Shown: one piece after another, positions 9,669-19,106 of the stretch
How the letters are laid out: every line of letters begins with the position of its first letter
Position numbering within the stretch: position 1 is the stretch's first letter
Source: Gammaproteobacteria bacterium
Lineage (GTDB): Bacteria; Pseudomonadota; Gammaproteobacteria; Steroidobacterales; Steroidobacteraceae
Assembly (NCBI GenBank): GCA_012026925.1
Contig: VEPJ01000073.1
Coordinates: 6,340 to 70,339, forward strand
Length of the DNA stretch: 64,000 nucleotides
Direction: 5' to 3'
The notes under the pieces: generated by a model
Seen by the model: the letters and a program-made list of their open reading frames with translations, nothing else
Database searches by the model: none
What the model was told of the DNA's origin: nothing
Program-made: the position numbers and the translations under genes

Positions 9669-10658
9669 ATGAAGAAAGTCCTCGTCCTGCTGCTCGCGCT
9701 CGCGTGCGCCCTGCCGGCCTCCGCCGCCAAGAAGAACTACACGTACGTCCGGGTCGGCAACTCGACGGACGTGGCGACCGCCACCTCGCCCGGGATCGTG
9801 CTCATGGGCGGCAGCACCGACGTGGATGCCGCCTTCACGTGGATGTGCGACCGCGCAGGCAGCGGCGATTTCCTGGTGATCCGCGCGACGGGCACCGACG
9901 CGTACAACCCTTACATCCAGGGTCTCTGCCCGGCCCTCAGTTCCGTCGCGACGCTGATCATTCCCTCGACGGCGGCGGCGAACGACCCGTTCGTCGCGGA
10001 CACGATCGCGGCCGCCGAGGCCGTCTTCATCGCGGGCGGCGACCAGTCGAACTACGTCAATTACTGGACGGGCACTGCGGTCCAGGCGCAACTCAACGCG
10101 CTCATCGCGCGCGGCGTGCCGGTCGGAGGCTCGCGCGCCGGCATGATGGTGCTGGCGCAATTCGTGTACTCGGCCCTGTTGAGCCAGGGCGTGACCTCGA
10201 GCCAGGCGCTCGCGGATCCATTCACGAAGTACCTCACGCTCACCCGTGACTTCGCTGCCGTGCAGTCCCTGCAGGGCACCATCGGCGACTCGCACTTCGC
10301 GGCGCGCGATCGCATGGGCCGCGACCTGGCGTTCCTGTGCCGAATCGCCGCGAACGGCTGGTCAGGCATGCCGCGCTCGATTGCAGTGGACGAGGAGACC
10401 GCGCTGCTGGTCGACGGGCGCGGCGGCGCCAGCGTCGCCGGCAACGGCAAGGTCTATTTCATCAAGGCACCCGGTCCCGCGGAGGTCTGCCAACCATCCA
10501 CGCCGCTGACGTACAGGAACGTGGAGGTCTATCGCATCAGCGCGCCGAACGGCAGCTTCGACCTGGGCCGCTGGTCGGGCCGCAACGGCGCGGCGTACAA
10601 GGTGTCGGCGGAGGCCGGCGTGCTGGGCTCGACGCAGGCGGGCGGTTCGCCTTACTGA
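9669..10658 (+). CDS. secreted peptidase S51 (cyanophycinase-like) family protein
   Basis: Signal peptide MKKVLVLLLALACALPASA. S51-type blocks VLMGGSTD, FIAGGDQSNY and VGGSRAGMMV. Divergently transcribed from the cytochrome c gene. Confidence 0.65.
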   Translation: MKKVLVLLLALACALPASAAKKNYTYVRVGNSTDVATATSPGIVLMGGSTDVDAAFTWMCDRAGSGDFLVIRATGTDAYNPYIQGLCPALSSVATLIIPSTAAANDPFVADTIAAAEAVFIAGGDQSNYVNYWTGTAVQAQLNALIARGVPVGGSRAGMMVLAQFVYSALLSQGVTSSQALADPFTKYLTLTRDFAAVQSLQGTIGDSHFAARDRMGRDLAFLCRIAANGWSGMPRSIAVDEETALLVDGRGGASVAGNGKVYFIKAPGPAEVCQPSTPLTYRNVEVYRISAPNGSFDLGRWSGRNGAAYKVSAEAGVLGSTQAGGSPY

Positions 10659-10691
10659 CCAGATCCGCGAGCGTCGCCAGGGAGCGGGCGC

Positions 10692-11336
10692 ATGGGCAGG
10701 ACATCGCAACGCGAAATTACGGTCGTCACGCCGGACGCGCGACTGAGCGGCGAAGTGTGGCTGCCCGAGGGTGCCCCCGGCATCGTGCTCTTCGCGCACG
10801 GCAGCGGCAGCAGCCGCTTCAGCAGGCGCAACCGGTACGTGGCCGGCGAGCTCGTGAAGGCCGGCGTCGGCACGCTGCTATTCGACCTGCTGACGGCCGC
10901 CGAGGAGCGGCGCGGCAGCATCGATGCGAGCCTGCGTTTCGACATCGGCCTGCTGACGCGGCGTCTCGCGGGCGCCACGCGCTGGCTGCAGGGAGAGAGC
11001 TGGTCGAAGCCGTTGTCGATCGGTTACTTCGGCGCGAGCACCGGCGCCGCGGCCGCGCTGGCGGCCAGCACGGAGTGCGAAGTGGACGCGATCGTGTCGC
11101 GCGGCGGACGGCCTGACCTCGCCGGACCTGCGCTGCCCAGGGTCACCGCGCCGACGCTGCTGATCGTCGGGTCGAACGACGAGGTCGTGATCGAACTGAA
11201 CGAGCAGGCGTTGGCGCGAATGACCTGCGAGGTGCAGCTCGAGATCGTCCCCGGCGCGACCCACCTCTTCGAAGAGCCGGGCACGCTCGAGCAGGTCGCG
11301 CAGCTCGCCGCGCGTTGGTTCCAGCGCTGGCTCTGA
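10692..11336 (+). CDS. dienelactone-hydrolase-like alpha/beta hydrolase
   Basis: GIVLFAHGSGSSRFSRRN, a nucleophile-elbow-like GYFGASTGAAAAL, and LLIVGSNDE...PGATHLFEE. Confidence 0.6.
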   Translation: MGRTSQREITVVTPDARLSGEVWLPEGAPGIVLFAHGSGSSRFSRRNRYVAGELVKAGVGTLLFDLLTAAEERRGSIDASLRFDIGLLTRRLAGATRWLQGESWSKPLSIGYFGASTGAAAALAASTECEVDAIVSRGGRPDLAGPALPRVTAPTLLIVGSNDEVVIELNEQALARMTCEVQLEIVPGATHLFEEPGTLEQVAQLAARWFQRWL

Positions 11337-11337
11337 G

Positions 11338-11928
11338 TCAGCGCCTCCTCCAGACGAGCAGCTGGTTGTTCGCCGGCATGGCGTGATCGGCCTCGAGCTC
11401 GAGGCGCTGCGCGCGGGCCAGGCGGTCGACCGCTTCGAAGTCGCGGATGCCGCTGGCGGGATCGCGCTCGCGCAGCGAAAGATCGAACGCGGCGTTGCTT
11501 TCCGTGGTGAACCGGCCGCCGTAGCGGAACGGCCCGTACACCGCGAGGAGGCCGCCGGCCGGTAGAACGCGGCCAATGCCGTCGAAGAACTCTTCGACCT
11601 CGGGCCACGCCATGATGTGCAGCGTGTTTGCGCTATAGATCGCGTCAGCCCGCACGTCGGGCCAGTCCTTCTGCCCGACGTCGAGTTCGAGCGGTGGCAG
11701 CAGGTTGGCGCTGCCTTCCTCGGCGATGCGCGCGGCGAGCCCCGGCAGGTATTCGGCGCGATCGGTCGGCTGCCAGGCGAGTCCCGCCAGGTGCCGCGCG
11801 AAATGCACCGCGTGCTGGCCCGTGCCGGCACCGATCTCAAGCACGCGCCGCCGGTCCGCGAACGCGGAGCGCAGGATGTCGAGGATCGGCCCCTTGTTAC
11901 GCTCGCAGGCCTCGGAAAAAGGCAGCAT
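11338..11928 (-). CDS. DUF938-type class I SAM-dependent methyltransferase
   Basis: MLPFSEACERNKGPILDIL start and the VLEIGAGTGQH SAM-binding motif. Confidence 0.6.
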   Translation of the reverse strand: MLPFSEACERNKGPILDILRSAFADRRRVLEIGAGTGQHAVHFARHLAGLAWQPTDRAEYLPGLAARIAEEGSANLLPPLELDVGQKDWPDVRADAIYSANTLHIMAWPEVEEFFDGIGRVLPAGGLLAVYGPFRYGGRFTTESNAAFDLSLRERDPASGIRDFEAVDRLARAQRLELEADHAMPANNQLLVWRRR

Positions 11929-11966
11929 TCCGCCGTGCCCGGTATAGCCCCCGCTCCAGCCTCGGA

Positions 11967-12365
11967 TCAGTCCTTCTTGCCCTCGTGCAGCGGATTGTCG
12001 CCGCCCTTGGGCTTGGCCTCGTGCACGGGATTCTGCTTGCCGCTCGCGGCGGGTGCCTGGGTCGAGGCCGGCGCCGCTTCATCGGTCCCGGCTTCGCACT
12101 TGCCCGATGACGCTGCCGCGGCTGGCGCCTTCGAACCGCTGGCCTTCGCGGCCTCCAGGAGCGATGGGTCGCCGCAGGCCGCCGCAGCGGGTTCCGCCGT
12201 CGCAGCGGCGTCTTTCTTCGACGCGGCCGGGGTCGCGGGCTTCGCGGCCGCCGGCGCCGCTGGCTTGGCCGTCGCGGACGAGGCCGGCGTGGACTGCGCA
12301 ACGGCGGGTCCGGCAGTGACCGTGGCGACGAGCAGGATGGCGGCGATCTCGGTCACGTAGCGCAT
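11967..12365 (-). CDS. small secreted Ala/Pro-rich protein
   Basis: ATG at 12365. Signal peptide MRYVTEIAAILLVATVTAGPAVA, a low-complexity A/P/K body, two Cys, and a C-terminal duplicated NP[VL]HE[AG]K motif. Confidence 0.4.
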   Translation of the reverse strand: MRYVTEIAAILLVATVTAGPAVAQSTPASSATAKPAAPAAAKPATPAASKKDAAATAEPAAAACGDPSLLEAAKASGSKAPAAAASSGKCEAGTDEAAPASTQAPAASGKQNPVHEAKPKGGDNPLHEGKKD

Positions 12366-12388
12366 CGAGGGGTCTCCCGGGGATTGCG

Positions 12389-14140
12389 ATGGCGACGGAT
12401 AGTCTAAGTGACGGCGGGGACCACGAGTACCGCGGGAGCGCATACAATCCCCGCACTTTGCCACCCACACGCACGGCAGCCGTACTCGCCATGCTCGCCC
12501 TGGGCATGTCCTCCGCCCCGCCGGCGCACGCGGACGCGGGCGTGCTGGTCAACGCGCGCATCCACACACTCGACGATTCCCACCCGGCCGCCGAAGCGCT
12601 GGCCTGGGATGCCCAGGGCCGCATCATCGCCGTCGGCCGCCGGGCCGACGTCCTCGCTCGCTCGCGCGGCGCACCCGTATTCGACGCAGCCGGGGCAACC
12701 GTCGTACCGGGGCTGATCGATGCGCACGCCCACCTGATGGGGCTCGGCTATGCCCTGATGCACGCCGACCTCGTGGGGACCCGCAACAAGGCCGAGATCA
12801 TCGAGCGGCTCCGGATCTTCGCGGCCCAGTTGCCCCCCGACGCGTGGCTGCTCGGCCGAGGTTGGGACCAGAACGACTGGCCGGAGAAGGAGTTCCCGAC
12901 GGCCACCGACCTCGATGCCGCGTTCCCTGCCAGGCCCGTCTGGCTCGAGCGCATCGACGGTCACGCGGGCTGGGCGAACAGCGCGGCCATGCGGCTCGTC
13001 CAGCGCGACCTCGGCGGCGACTGGCAACCCGAAGGCGGCCGCATCGTCCGGCGCAACGGCCGACCGACCGGCGTGTTCGTGGACGGGGCCACTTCGCTCG
13101 TGGACAAGGTCGTGCCCCCGCCCGACGAGGCCTTCCGCACCGAGGCGCTGCAGCGCGCGCTCGCGGCGACCGCCGCCGTCGGACTCACCGGCGTACACGA
13201 CATGGGCACGTCGCTCGCCGACCTGGCGCTCTATCGGCGCTTCGCCGACGAGGGCCGGCTCACGATGCGTGTCGTCGCGTACGCCGACGGGGATGCCGCG
13301 GCGCTCGATCAGCTCTGCAGGACCGGGCCATACCGTCATCCCGGCGGGCGCCTGCGGATGGCGGGCGCCAAGTTCTACGCCGACGGTGCCCTCGGCTCGC
13401 GCGGCGCCGCACTGCTCGACTCGTATGCCGACGATCACGGCAATCGCGGCATCCTGGTCACGGACCCGGAGGCACTGTTGAATGGCATGCGGAAGGCGCA
13501 CCGTTGCGGACTGCAGGTCGCGACGCACGCCATCGGCGACCGCGGCAACCGCCTCGTGCTCGACGATTACGCGCTCGTGCTCGGCGATGCGGCGCGCGGC
13601 GACCACCGCTGGCGCGTCGAGCACGCGCAGGTGGTGGCGTTGCCGGACATCCCGCGCTTCGCGCAACTGCGCGTCGTGGCCTCGATGCAGCCGACGCATG
13701 CGACCTCCGACATGCCATGGGCCGAAACCCGGCTCGGTTCGACGCGCCTCGCGGGCGCCTACGCATGGCGCCGGTTCCTGCAGGCGCGCGTGCGGCTCGC
13801 GCTCGGCTCCGATTTCCCGGTGGAGTCTGCCGATCCCCGGCTCGGCTTCTACGCCGCGGTGACCCGCCAGGACCTCGCCGGCTACCCGCCCGGCGGCTGG
13901 CTGCCGGACCAGAAGCTCACGCCCATCGAGGCGCTGCGCGGCTTCACGACGGACGCCGCGTGGGCCGGCTTCATGGAGCGGGAAGTGGGCCGCCTCGCAC
14001 CGGGCATGCGCGCAGACTTCGTAGTGCTCGACGGCGACCCGCTGGCCGTGCCACCGGCCAGGCTGCCGAAGCTCAAGGTATTGTCCACCTGGCTGGATGG
14101 CAAACCGGTCCATGGAGAGTTGACCGCGACGACCCAGTGA
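12389..14140 (+). CDS. Amidohydro_3-family metal-dependent hydrolase (secreted)
   Basis: VPGLIDAHAHL metal-binding start and an HAIGD motif, with a TIM-barrel amidohydrolase layout. An in-frame TTG at 12458 would give a cleaner signal peptide (MPPTRTAAVLAMLALGMSSAPPAHA), so the start is uncertain. Confidence 0.8.
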   Translation: MATDSLSDGGDHEYRGSAYNPRTLPPTRTAAVLAMLALGMSSAPPAHADAGVLVNARIHTLDDSHPAAEALAWDAQGRIIAVGRRADVLARSRGAPVFDAAGATVVPGLIDAHAHLMGLGYALMHADLVGTRNKAEIIERLRIFAAQLPPDAWLLGRGWDQNDWPEKEFPTATDLDAAFPARPVWLERIDGHAGWANSAAMRLVQRDLGGDWQPEGGRIVRRNGRPTGVFVDGATSLVDKVVPPPDEAFRTEALQRALAATAAVGLTGVHDMGTSLADLALYRRFADEGRLTMRVVAYADGDAAALDQLCRTGPYRHPGGRLRMAGAKFYADGALGSRGAALLDSYADDHGNRGILVTDPEALLNGMRKAHRCGLQVATHAIGDRGNRLVLDDYALVLGDAARGDHRWRVEHAQVVALPDIPRFAQLRVVASMQPTHATSDMPWAETRLGSTRLAGAYAWRRFLQARVRLALGSDFPVESADPRLGFYAAVTRQDLAGYPPGGWLPDQKLTPIEALRGFTTDAAWAGFMEREVGRLAPGMRADFVVLDGDPLAVPPARLPKLKVLSTWLDGKPVHGELTATTQ

Positions 14141-14206
14141 CCTGAAGAAGCACATCGGCCGGCCTTTGCAGCAAGCTCATTCGCGGCCGGCCCACGGGGG
14201 AGCGAC

Positions 14207-15469
14207 GTGACGAAAAGGATCACGCAACGGATGGGCTGGTGCGCGCTGGCGCTCACCAGCCTGGCCCTGTTCGGCAATTTCTACGTGTACGACTCGATCG
14301 CCCCGGTGGCCGAGATGCTCGCGACGCAGCTCGGCTACAGCGACACGCAGATCGGCACGCTGAACGCGATCTACAGCCTGCCGAACGTGGTGATGGTGCT
14401 CGTCGGCGGCATGCTCGTGGACCGCTATGGCGTCGGGCGCATGGGAACCATCACCGCCGCCATCTGCCTCGTCGGCGCGATCCTGACCGCGGCGAGCCCG
14501 GACTTCTACGTCATGGCTGCCGGCAGGCTGTTCTTCGGCATCGGCGCCGAGACCTTCAACATCGCGACGCTGTCCGCAGCCACGCTGTGGTTCCCGTTGC
14601 ACAACACCGCACTGGCCATGGCGGTCGGCATCGCGTTCGGACGTGCCGGCTCGCTCGCCGCGGACCTGTCGCCCACCTGGGCGGCCAGCGTGTACGCACA
14701 GGGCTGGCAGGCGCCGCTCGTGCTCGCCGCCGTACTGGCCGCGACCAGCTTCGTGCTGATGGCCGCGTACTGGTGGTTCGAGCGACGCACGGGCGTCGCC
14801 GAGTTGCGCAGCAGTTCACACCCGGAGCATCGTCCCAGCTGGCGCGACGTACTCGCCTTCGGCCGGCCCTACTGGTACCTGCTGGTGCTCTGCGTGCTCT
14901 GGTACGCCGTGATTCTTGCGTTCCGCAGCACGTTCGCCATCAAGTATTTCCAGCAGGCGCACGCGATGCCGCTCGCCGAGGCGGGCCAGGTCGTGAGCCT
15001 CGTGTTCGGTTCCGCATTGATCACCACGCCGATCTTCGGCTGGATCTCCGACCGCACCGGCCGCTACTCGATCTTCCTCGCGTTCGGCGCGCTGCTGCTG
15101 CCGGTGGCGCTTGCCGCGATGGCATTCGCAGACGGCGGGCTGCGCGCCGGCACGGTGCTCACGGGTATCAGCTTCTCGGTCGTGCCGGCCGTGATGTGGC
15201 CGATGGTGAGCCGGCTGGTCGAGCCGAAACGGTTCGGCACGGCCAACGGCATGATGTGGGTCATCCAGAACGGCGGCATCGCCGCGGCGAACTTCGTCGC
15301 CGGCTGGTTGAACGACAAGTACGGCGCGAGCGCCGCGAATCCTGCGGGTTACGAACCGATGATGCTGTTCTTCATCACTGTGAGCTCGCTCGGATTCCTG
15401 TTCGCGCTGCTGCTGTGGCGCAGCGCGCGCGCGGGCGAGGGCCGCGCGCCCGCGCCCCTGCCAGGCTGA
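14207..15469 (+). CDS. MFS transporter
   Basis: GTG at 14207 preceded by GGGGGAG. About 12 hydrophobic segments and an MFS-like loop GMLVDRYGVGRM. Confidence 0.8.
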   Translation: MTKRITQRMGWCALALTSLALFGNFYVYDSIAPVAEMLATQLGYSDTQIGTLNAIYSLPNVVMVLVGGMLVDRYGVGRMGTITAAICLVGAILTAASPDFYVMAAGRLFFGIGAETFNIATLSAATLWFPLHNTALAMAVGIAFGRAGSLAADLSPTWAASVYAQGWQAPLVLAAVLAATSFVLMAAYWWFERRTGVAELRSSSHPEHRPSWRDVLAFGRPYWYLLVLCVLWYAVILAFRSTFAIKYFQQAHAMPLAEAGQVVSLVFGSALITTPIFGWISDRTGRYSIFLAFGALLLPVALAAMAFADGGLRAGTVLTGISFSVVPAVMWPMVSRLVEPKRFGTANGMMWVIQNGGIAAANFVAGWLNDKYGASAANPAGYEPMMLFFITVSSLGFLFALLLWRSARAGEGRAPAPLPG

Positions 15470-15472
15470 ACG

Positions 15473-16300
15473 ATGGATCGCTCCATGATCGACGTTGGGG
15501 AAGCGCGCATCGCCGACGCGGCCGAAGCCGCGGCATACGGCGACATGTGCGCCGCCGCACCCGAGGACTTCCGGCGCAGCACCGGCATCCGCTGCGTGGA
15601 GGCCGGCGGCGCCCGGGTGATGCTCGCGCCAGGCATGCCGATCCCGATGTTCAATCGCGCCATCGGCCTCGGCGTGTTCCGCGCGGCGAGCGAATCGGAT
15701 CTCGACGCAGTGATCGCAGCGAGCCGCGCGGCGCACTGCAAGGCCTTCTGGATCCACGTGAACCCGGCGGCGAGACCGCCGGAGCTGGAGCCGTGGCTCA
15801 CTACGCGCGGCTTCCGGCTCGCGAAGCGTCGTGCCTGGGCGAAGATGCTCTACGGGTCCGCCGCTGCGCCGGCCGTGCAGTCGAGCCTCTCGGTCCGCGA
15901 GGTCGACGCGATGCATGCCGAGGCACTCGCGTCCGTACTGGTCGCCGCGTTCGAGATGCCCGCGAGTTTCGTGGCCTGGTTCCGGGCGCTGGTGGGCCGG
16001 CCGCGCTGGCACGCGATCGCCGGTTTCGACGGCGACGCGATCGTCTGCGGCGGGTTCCTGTATCGCGGGGAGGACCTGGCGTGGCTCGGCGTCGGCGGCA
16101 CGCTGCCCGCATTTCGCGGGCGCGGCGGCCAGCGCGCCGTGATGGCCGAGCGCGTTCGCATCGCGCTCGAGCACGGGATCCGCGACATCGTGACCGAAAC
16201 GGGTGAGCCGGTCGCCGGCGAGCCGAACCCCTCGCTCGTCAACATGCGGCGCTGCGGGTTCCGACAGGTCTGCTCGCGGCTCAATTACGAACCGGGCTAA
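15473..16300 (+). CDS. GNAT-family N-acetyltransferase
   Basis: Starts 3 nt after the MFS stop. C-terminal acetyl-CoA motif region (LGVGGTLPAFRGRGGQRAVMA). Confidence 0.6.
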   Translation: MDRSMIDVGEARIADAAEAAAYGDMCAAAPEDFRRSTGIRCVEAGGARVMLAPGMPIPMFNRAIGLGVFRAASESDLDAVIAASRAAHCKAFWIHVNPAARPPELEPWLTTRGFRLAKRRAWAKMLYGSAAAPAVQSSLSVREVDAMHAEALASVLVAAFEMPASFVAWFRALVGRPRWHAIAGFDGDAIVCGGFLYRGEDLAWLGVGGTLPAFRGRGGQRAVMAERVRIALEHGIRDIVTETGEPVAGEPNPSLVNMRRCGFRQVCSRLNYEPG

Positions 16301-16336
16301 GCTAGCGACCCACCGTCCCGCCTGCAGGTCCTCCGC

Positions 16337-18088
16337 ATGATTCGCACGGCACGATTCGCCGCCAGCCTCCTGTTGCTCGGCATCGTCGGCCTCGCCGCCT
16401 GCCAGCACGCTCCGGCGCCCGCATCGGGCTCGACGACGCGACAGGCACAGGTCGGCGCATGGACCACGAATGTTCGCCCGGGCGTCGGCGCGGCCAATCC
16501 GCTGGCCGTCGAAGCCGGACTCGGCGTTCTTCGCGCCGGCGGCAACGCGATCGACGCGGCGGTGGCGGTCCAGGCCACGCTGGGCCTCGTCGAACCACAG
16601 AGTTCGGGCCTCGGCGGCGGCGCATTTCTCGTTTACTACGATGCAAAGACCGGCAAGGTCACGGCGTTCGACGGACGAGAGGCGGCGCCCGCCGGCGCGA
16701 CGCCCGACATGTTCCTCGGTGCGGACGGCAAGCCGCTGCCCTTCTCGGACGCGGTCACGAGCGGCCGCTCGACCGGATCGCCCGGTGCCATCGCGATGCT
16801 CGGTCTCGCGCACGAGCGCTTCGGACACCTGCCGTGGCGCGACCTGTTCGGCACGGCGACGCACGCGGCCGAGGACGGCTTCGCCGCGCCGAAGCGGCTC
16901 GCGCGATTCGCCGGCAGCAATTTTCCGCAAGCGACGCTGCCGGACGCCAGGGCGATGTTCTCGAGGCCCGACGGCACGCCAATCCAGGCGGGCGACACGC
17001 TGCACAATCCGGCCTATGCCGCGACGCTCGGGACGATCGCTGCAAAGGGTCCGCGCGCTCTGCTCGAAGGGCCGATCGCCGAGCAGATCGCCGCGCGCAC
17101 GCACGACGAACCGCGGCCGGGCACGCTCACGGCACGGGATCTCGCGGCCTACCGGCCACACGTGGTCGAGCCGGTCTGCCGCCCATATCGCGTGTACGTC
17201 GTCTGCGTGCCGCCGCCGCCCTCCAGCGGCGTGTCGCTGCTGCAGATGCTGGCCATCCTCGAGCACACCGACATTGCATCGCGCGGACCGGCCGACCCAC
17301 AGGCATGGTTCCTGTTTGCCGAGGCGAGCCGGATCATGTACGCGGATCGCGACCGCTACGTCGCCGATCCGGCGTTCGTGCGCGTCCCGGTGGACGGCCT
17401 GCTCGATCCCGCCTACGTCGCGAGCCGTGCTGCACTGATCGGGGGCAAGGCCGGGCCCGCACCTGGCGCCGGCACCCCTCCGGGGCTCGTGGCACGGCTC
17501 GGGAAGGACGCGACGATCGAGGCCGCAGGCACCAGCCACTTCGTGGTGGTGGACGCGAAGGGCAACGTCGTCTCCATGACCACCTCCGTCGAGTCGCTGT
17601 TCGGCTCCGGCCGCGCGGTCGACGGCTTCTTCCTGAACAACCAGCTGACGGACTTCTCGTTCGTGCCCGTCGAGGACGGCAAGCCCGTGGCCAACGCCGT
17701 CGCACCCGGCAAGCGGCCGCGATCGTCGATGTCGCCGGTGATCGTGCTGGACGGGAACGGCCGGCTGTATGCCGCGCTCGGCTCGCCCGGTGGTTCGGCG
17801 ATCATCACGTACAACGCCAAGACGCTGGTCGCGCTGCTCGCGTGGGGGCTCACGATGCAGCAGTCCATCGATCTCCCGAACCTGTATTCGCGCGGCAACG
17901 ACTTCTACGGCGAGGTCGCGAAATTCCCGCCGGACGTGCTTTCCGGGCTCGCGGCACGCGGCGTCGTGGTCAAGACCGGACGCGGGGAGGAATCGGGCCT
18001 GCACGGATTCGCGGTGCGCGACGGCCGCTTCGACGGAGGCGCCGATCCGCGGCGCGAGGGCGAGTGGCGCCAGCTCGACGTCAGATAG
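16337..18088 (+). CDS. ggt: gamma-glutamyltransferase
   Basis: Lipoprotein-like signal (LLLGIVGLAAC). GGNAIDAAVA, autoprocessing-site TSHFVVVD, and PGGSAIITY. Confidence 0.9.
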   Translation: MIRTARFAASLLLLGIVGLAACQHAPAPASGSTTRQAQVGAWTTNVRPGVGAANPLAVEAGLGVLRAGGNAIDAAVAVQATLGLVEPQSSGLGGGAFLVYYDAKTGKVTAFDGREAAPAGATPDMFLGADGKPLPFSDAVTSGRSTGSPGAIAMLGLAHERFGHLPWRDLFGTATHAAEDGFAAPKRLARFAGSNFPQATLPDARAMFSRPDGTPIQAGDTLHNPAYAATLGTIAAKGPRALLEGPIAEQIAARTHDEPRPGTLTARDLAAYRPHVVEPVCRPYRVYVVCVPPPPSSGVSLLQMLAILEHTDIASRGPADPQAWFLFAEASRIMYADRDRYVADPAFVRVPVDGLLDPAYVASRAALIGGKAGPAPGAGTPPGLVARLGKDATIEAAGTSHFVVVDAKGNVVSMTTSVESLFGSGRAVDGFFLNNQLTDFSFVPVEDGKPVANAVAPGKRPRSSMSPVIVLDGNGRLYAALGSPGGSAIITYNAKTLVALLAWGLTMQQSIDLPNLYSRGNDFYGEVAKFPPDVLSGLAARGVVVKTGRGEESGLHGFAVRDGRFDGGADPRREGEWRQLDVR

Positions 18089-19073
18089 TCGCGAGCGTGC
18101 CGATCCCGCGCTCGACGGCCCGCTGATACACGAGGCTCGCGGCCGCGAGGTCCTGCGCCGCCACGCCGAGCGACTTGTAGACGGTCACCTCGCCGGCGGA
18201 CCTGCGGCCAGGGACGGAGCCCGCGAGCACCTCGCCGATCTCGCCCGCGATGTGAGCCTCGGTGACACGGCCTTCACGGATCGCGTGCAGCAGTTCGCCC
18301 GCCTGCGCCATCGCGCTCGCGCGGTAGTCCACGACGAAGCGCGCCATCGCGACGCAGTCGTCGTCCACCTCGCGCGTCGTCGGAATCGAAGAGCCGACGA
18401 GGCAGAGGTGCGTTCCCGAACGCACGTCCGCGCCGGACAGGATCGGCTCTGGCGACGACGTGACCGTGCACACGACGTCCGCGTGCGCGAGCACTTCGGG
18501 CACGCCCGGTGCGACATCCACCGTCCAGCCGCACAGGCGACGCGATCGCCCGGCAAGCGCGTGCGCAGCGGCAGGATTGCGCCCCCAGACGAGCAGCCGC
18601 TCGAACGGGTGCGCCGCCGCGAACGCCTCGACGTGCGACTGCGCCTCCTCCCCCGTCCCGACGATGCCGAGCACTTGCGAGTCCACGCGCGCCAGCGCAC
18701 GCGTGGCCACGACGCTCGCAGCCGCCGTCCGGACCGCCGTGAGCACCGACGCGTCCATCAGCGCCACCGGGCGACCGTTGTGCGCCTCGCACAGCATGTA
18801 GAGTCCGAGGTGCGACGACAGCCCGACCGCGGGATTCCCGGGATAGAGGCTGAGCAGCTTGATGCCGAACCACTCGGGCTCGCCGAGGTACCCGGGCATC
18901 ATGCCGAGCGCGCCCTTGCCGGACGGGAGCCGCATGATCTGCCGCAGCGGCATCAATGTCTTGCCGGCGCTCACCGCACGCATCGCGGCGGCGACCGCCT
19001 CGACGCAATCCGGGTATGACAGCAATTGCCGGACGTCCTCGCCCGAAATCACGCGAAGCTGGACTGGTTGCAT
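18081..19073 (-). CDS. ornithine cyclodeaminase / mu-crystallin family protein
   Basis: 330-aa ORF with the Rossmann motif LGIVGTGEEAQSHVEAF and the family-typical layout. Last gene of the minus-strand cyanophycin block. Confidence 0.85.
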   Translation of the reverse strand: MQPVQLRVISGEDVRQLLSYPDCVEAVAAAMRAVSAGKTLMPLRQIMRLPSGKGALGMMPGYLGEPEWFGIKLLSLYPGNPAVGLSSHLGLYMLCEAHNGRPVALMDASVLTAVRTAAASVVATRALARVDSQVLGIVGTGEEAQSHVEAFAAAHPFERLLVWGRNPAAAHALAGRSRRLCGWTVDVAPGVPEVLAHADVVCTVTSSPEPILSGADVRSGTHLCLVGSSIPTTREVDDDCVAMARFVVDYRASAMAQAGELLHAIREGRVTEAHIAGEIGEVLAGSVPGRRSAGEVTVYKSLGVAAQDLAAASLVYQRAVERGIGTLATI

Positions 19074-19106
19074 GACCGATGAACCCTCCGGGACGGCGGC
19101 ACGCGA

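Noticed and set aside
14816-18004. 1062-aa minus-strand ORF antisense to the MFS, GNAT and ggt genes
   Set aside because: Same GC-rich antisense artefact. The plus-strand genes have strong family motifs and this ORF has none.
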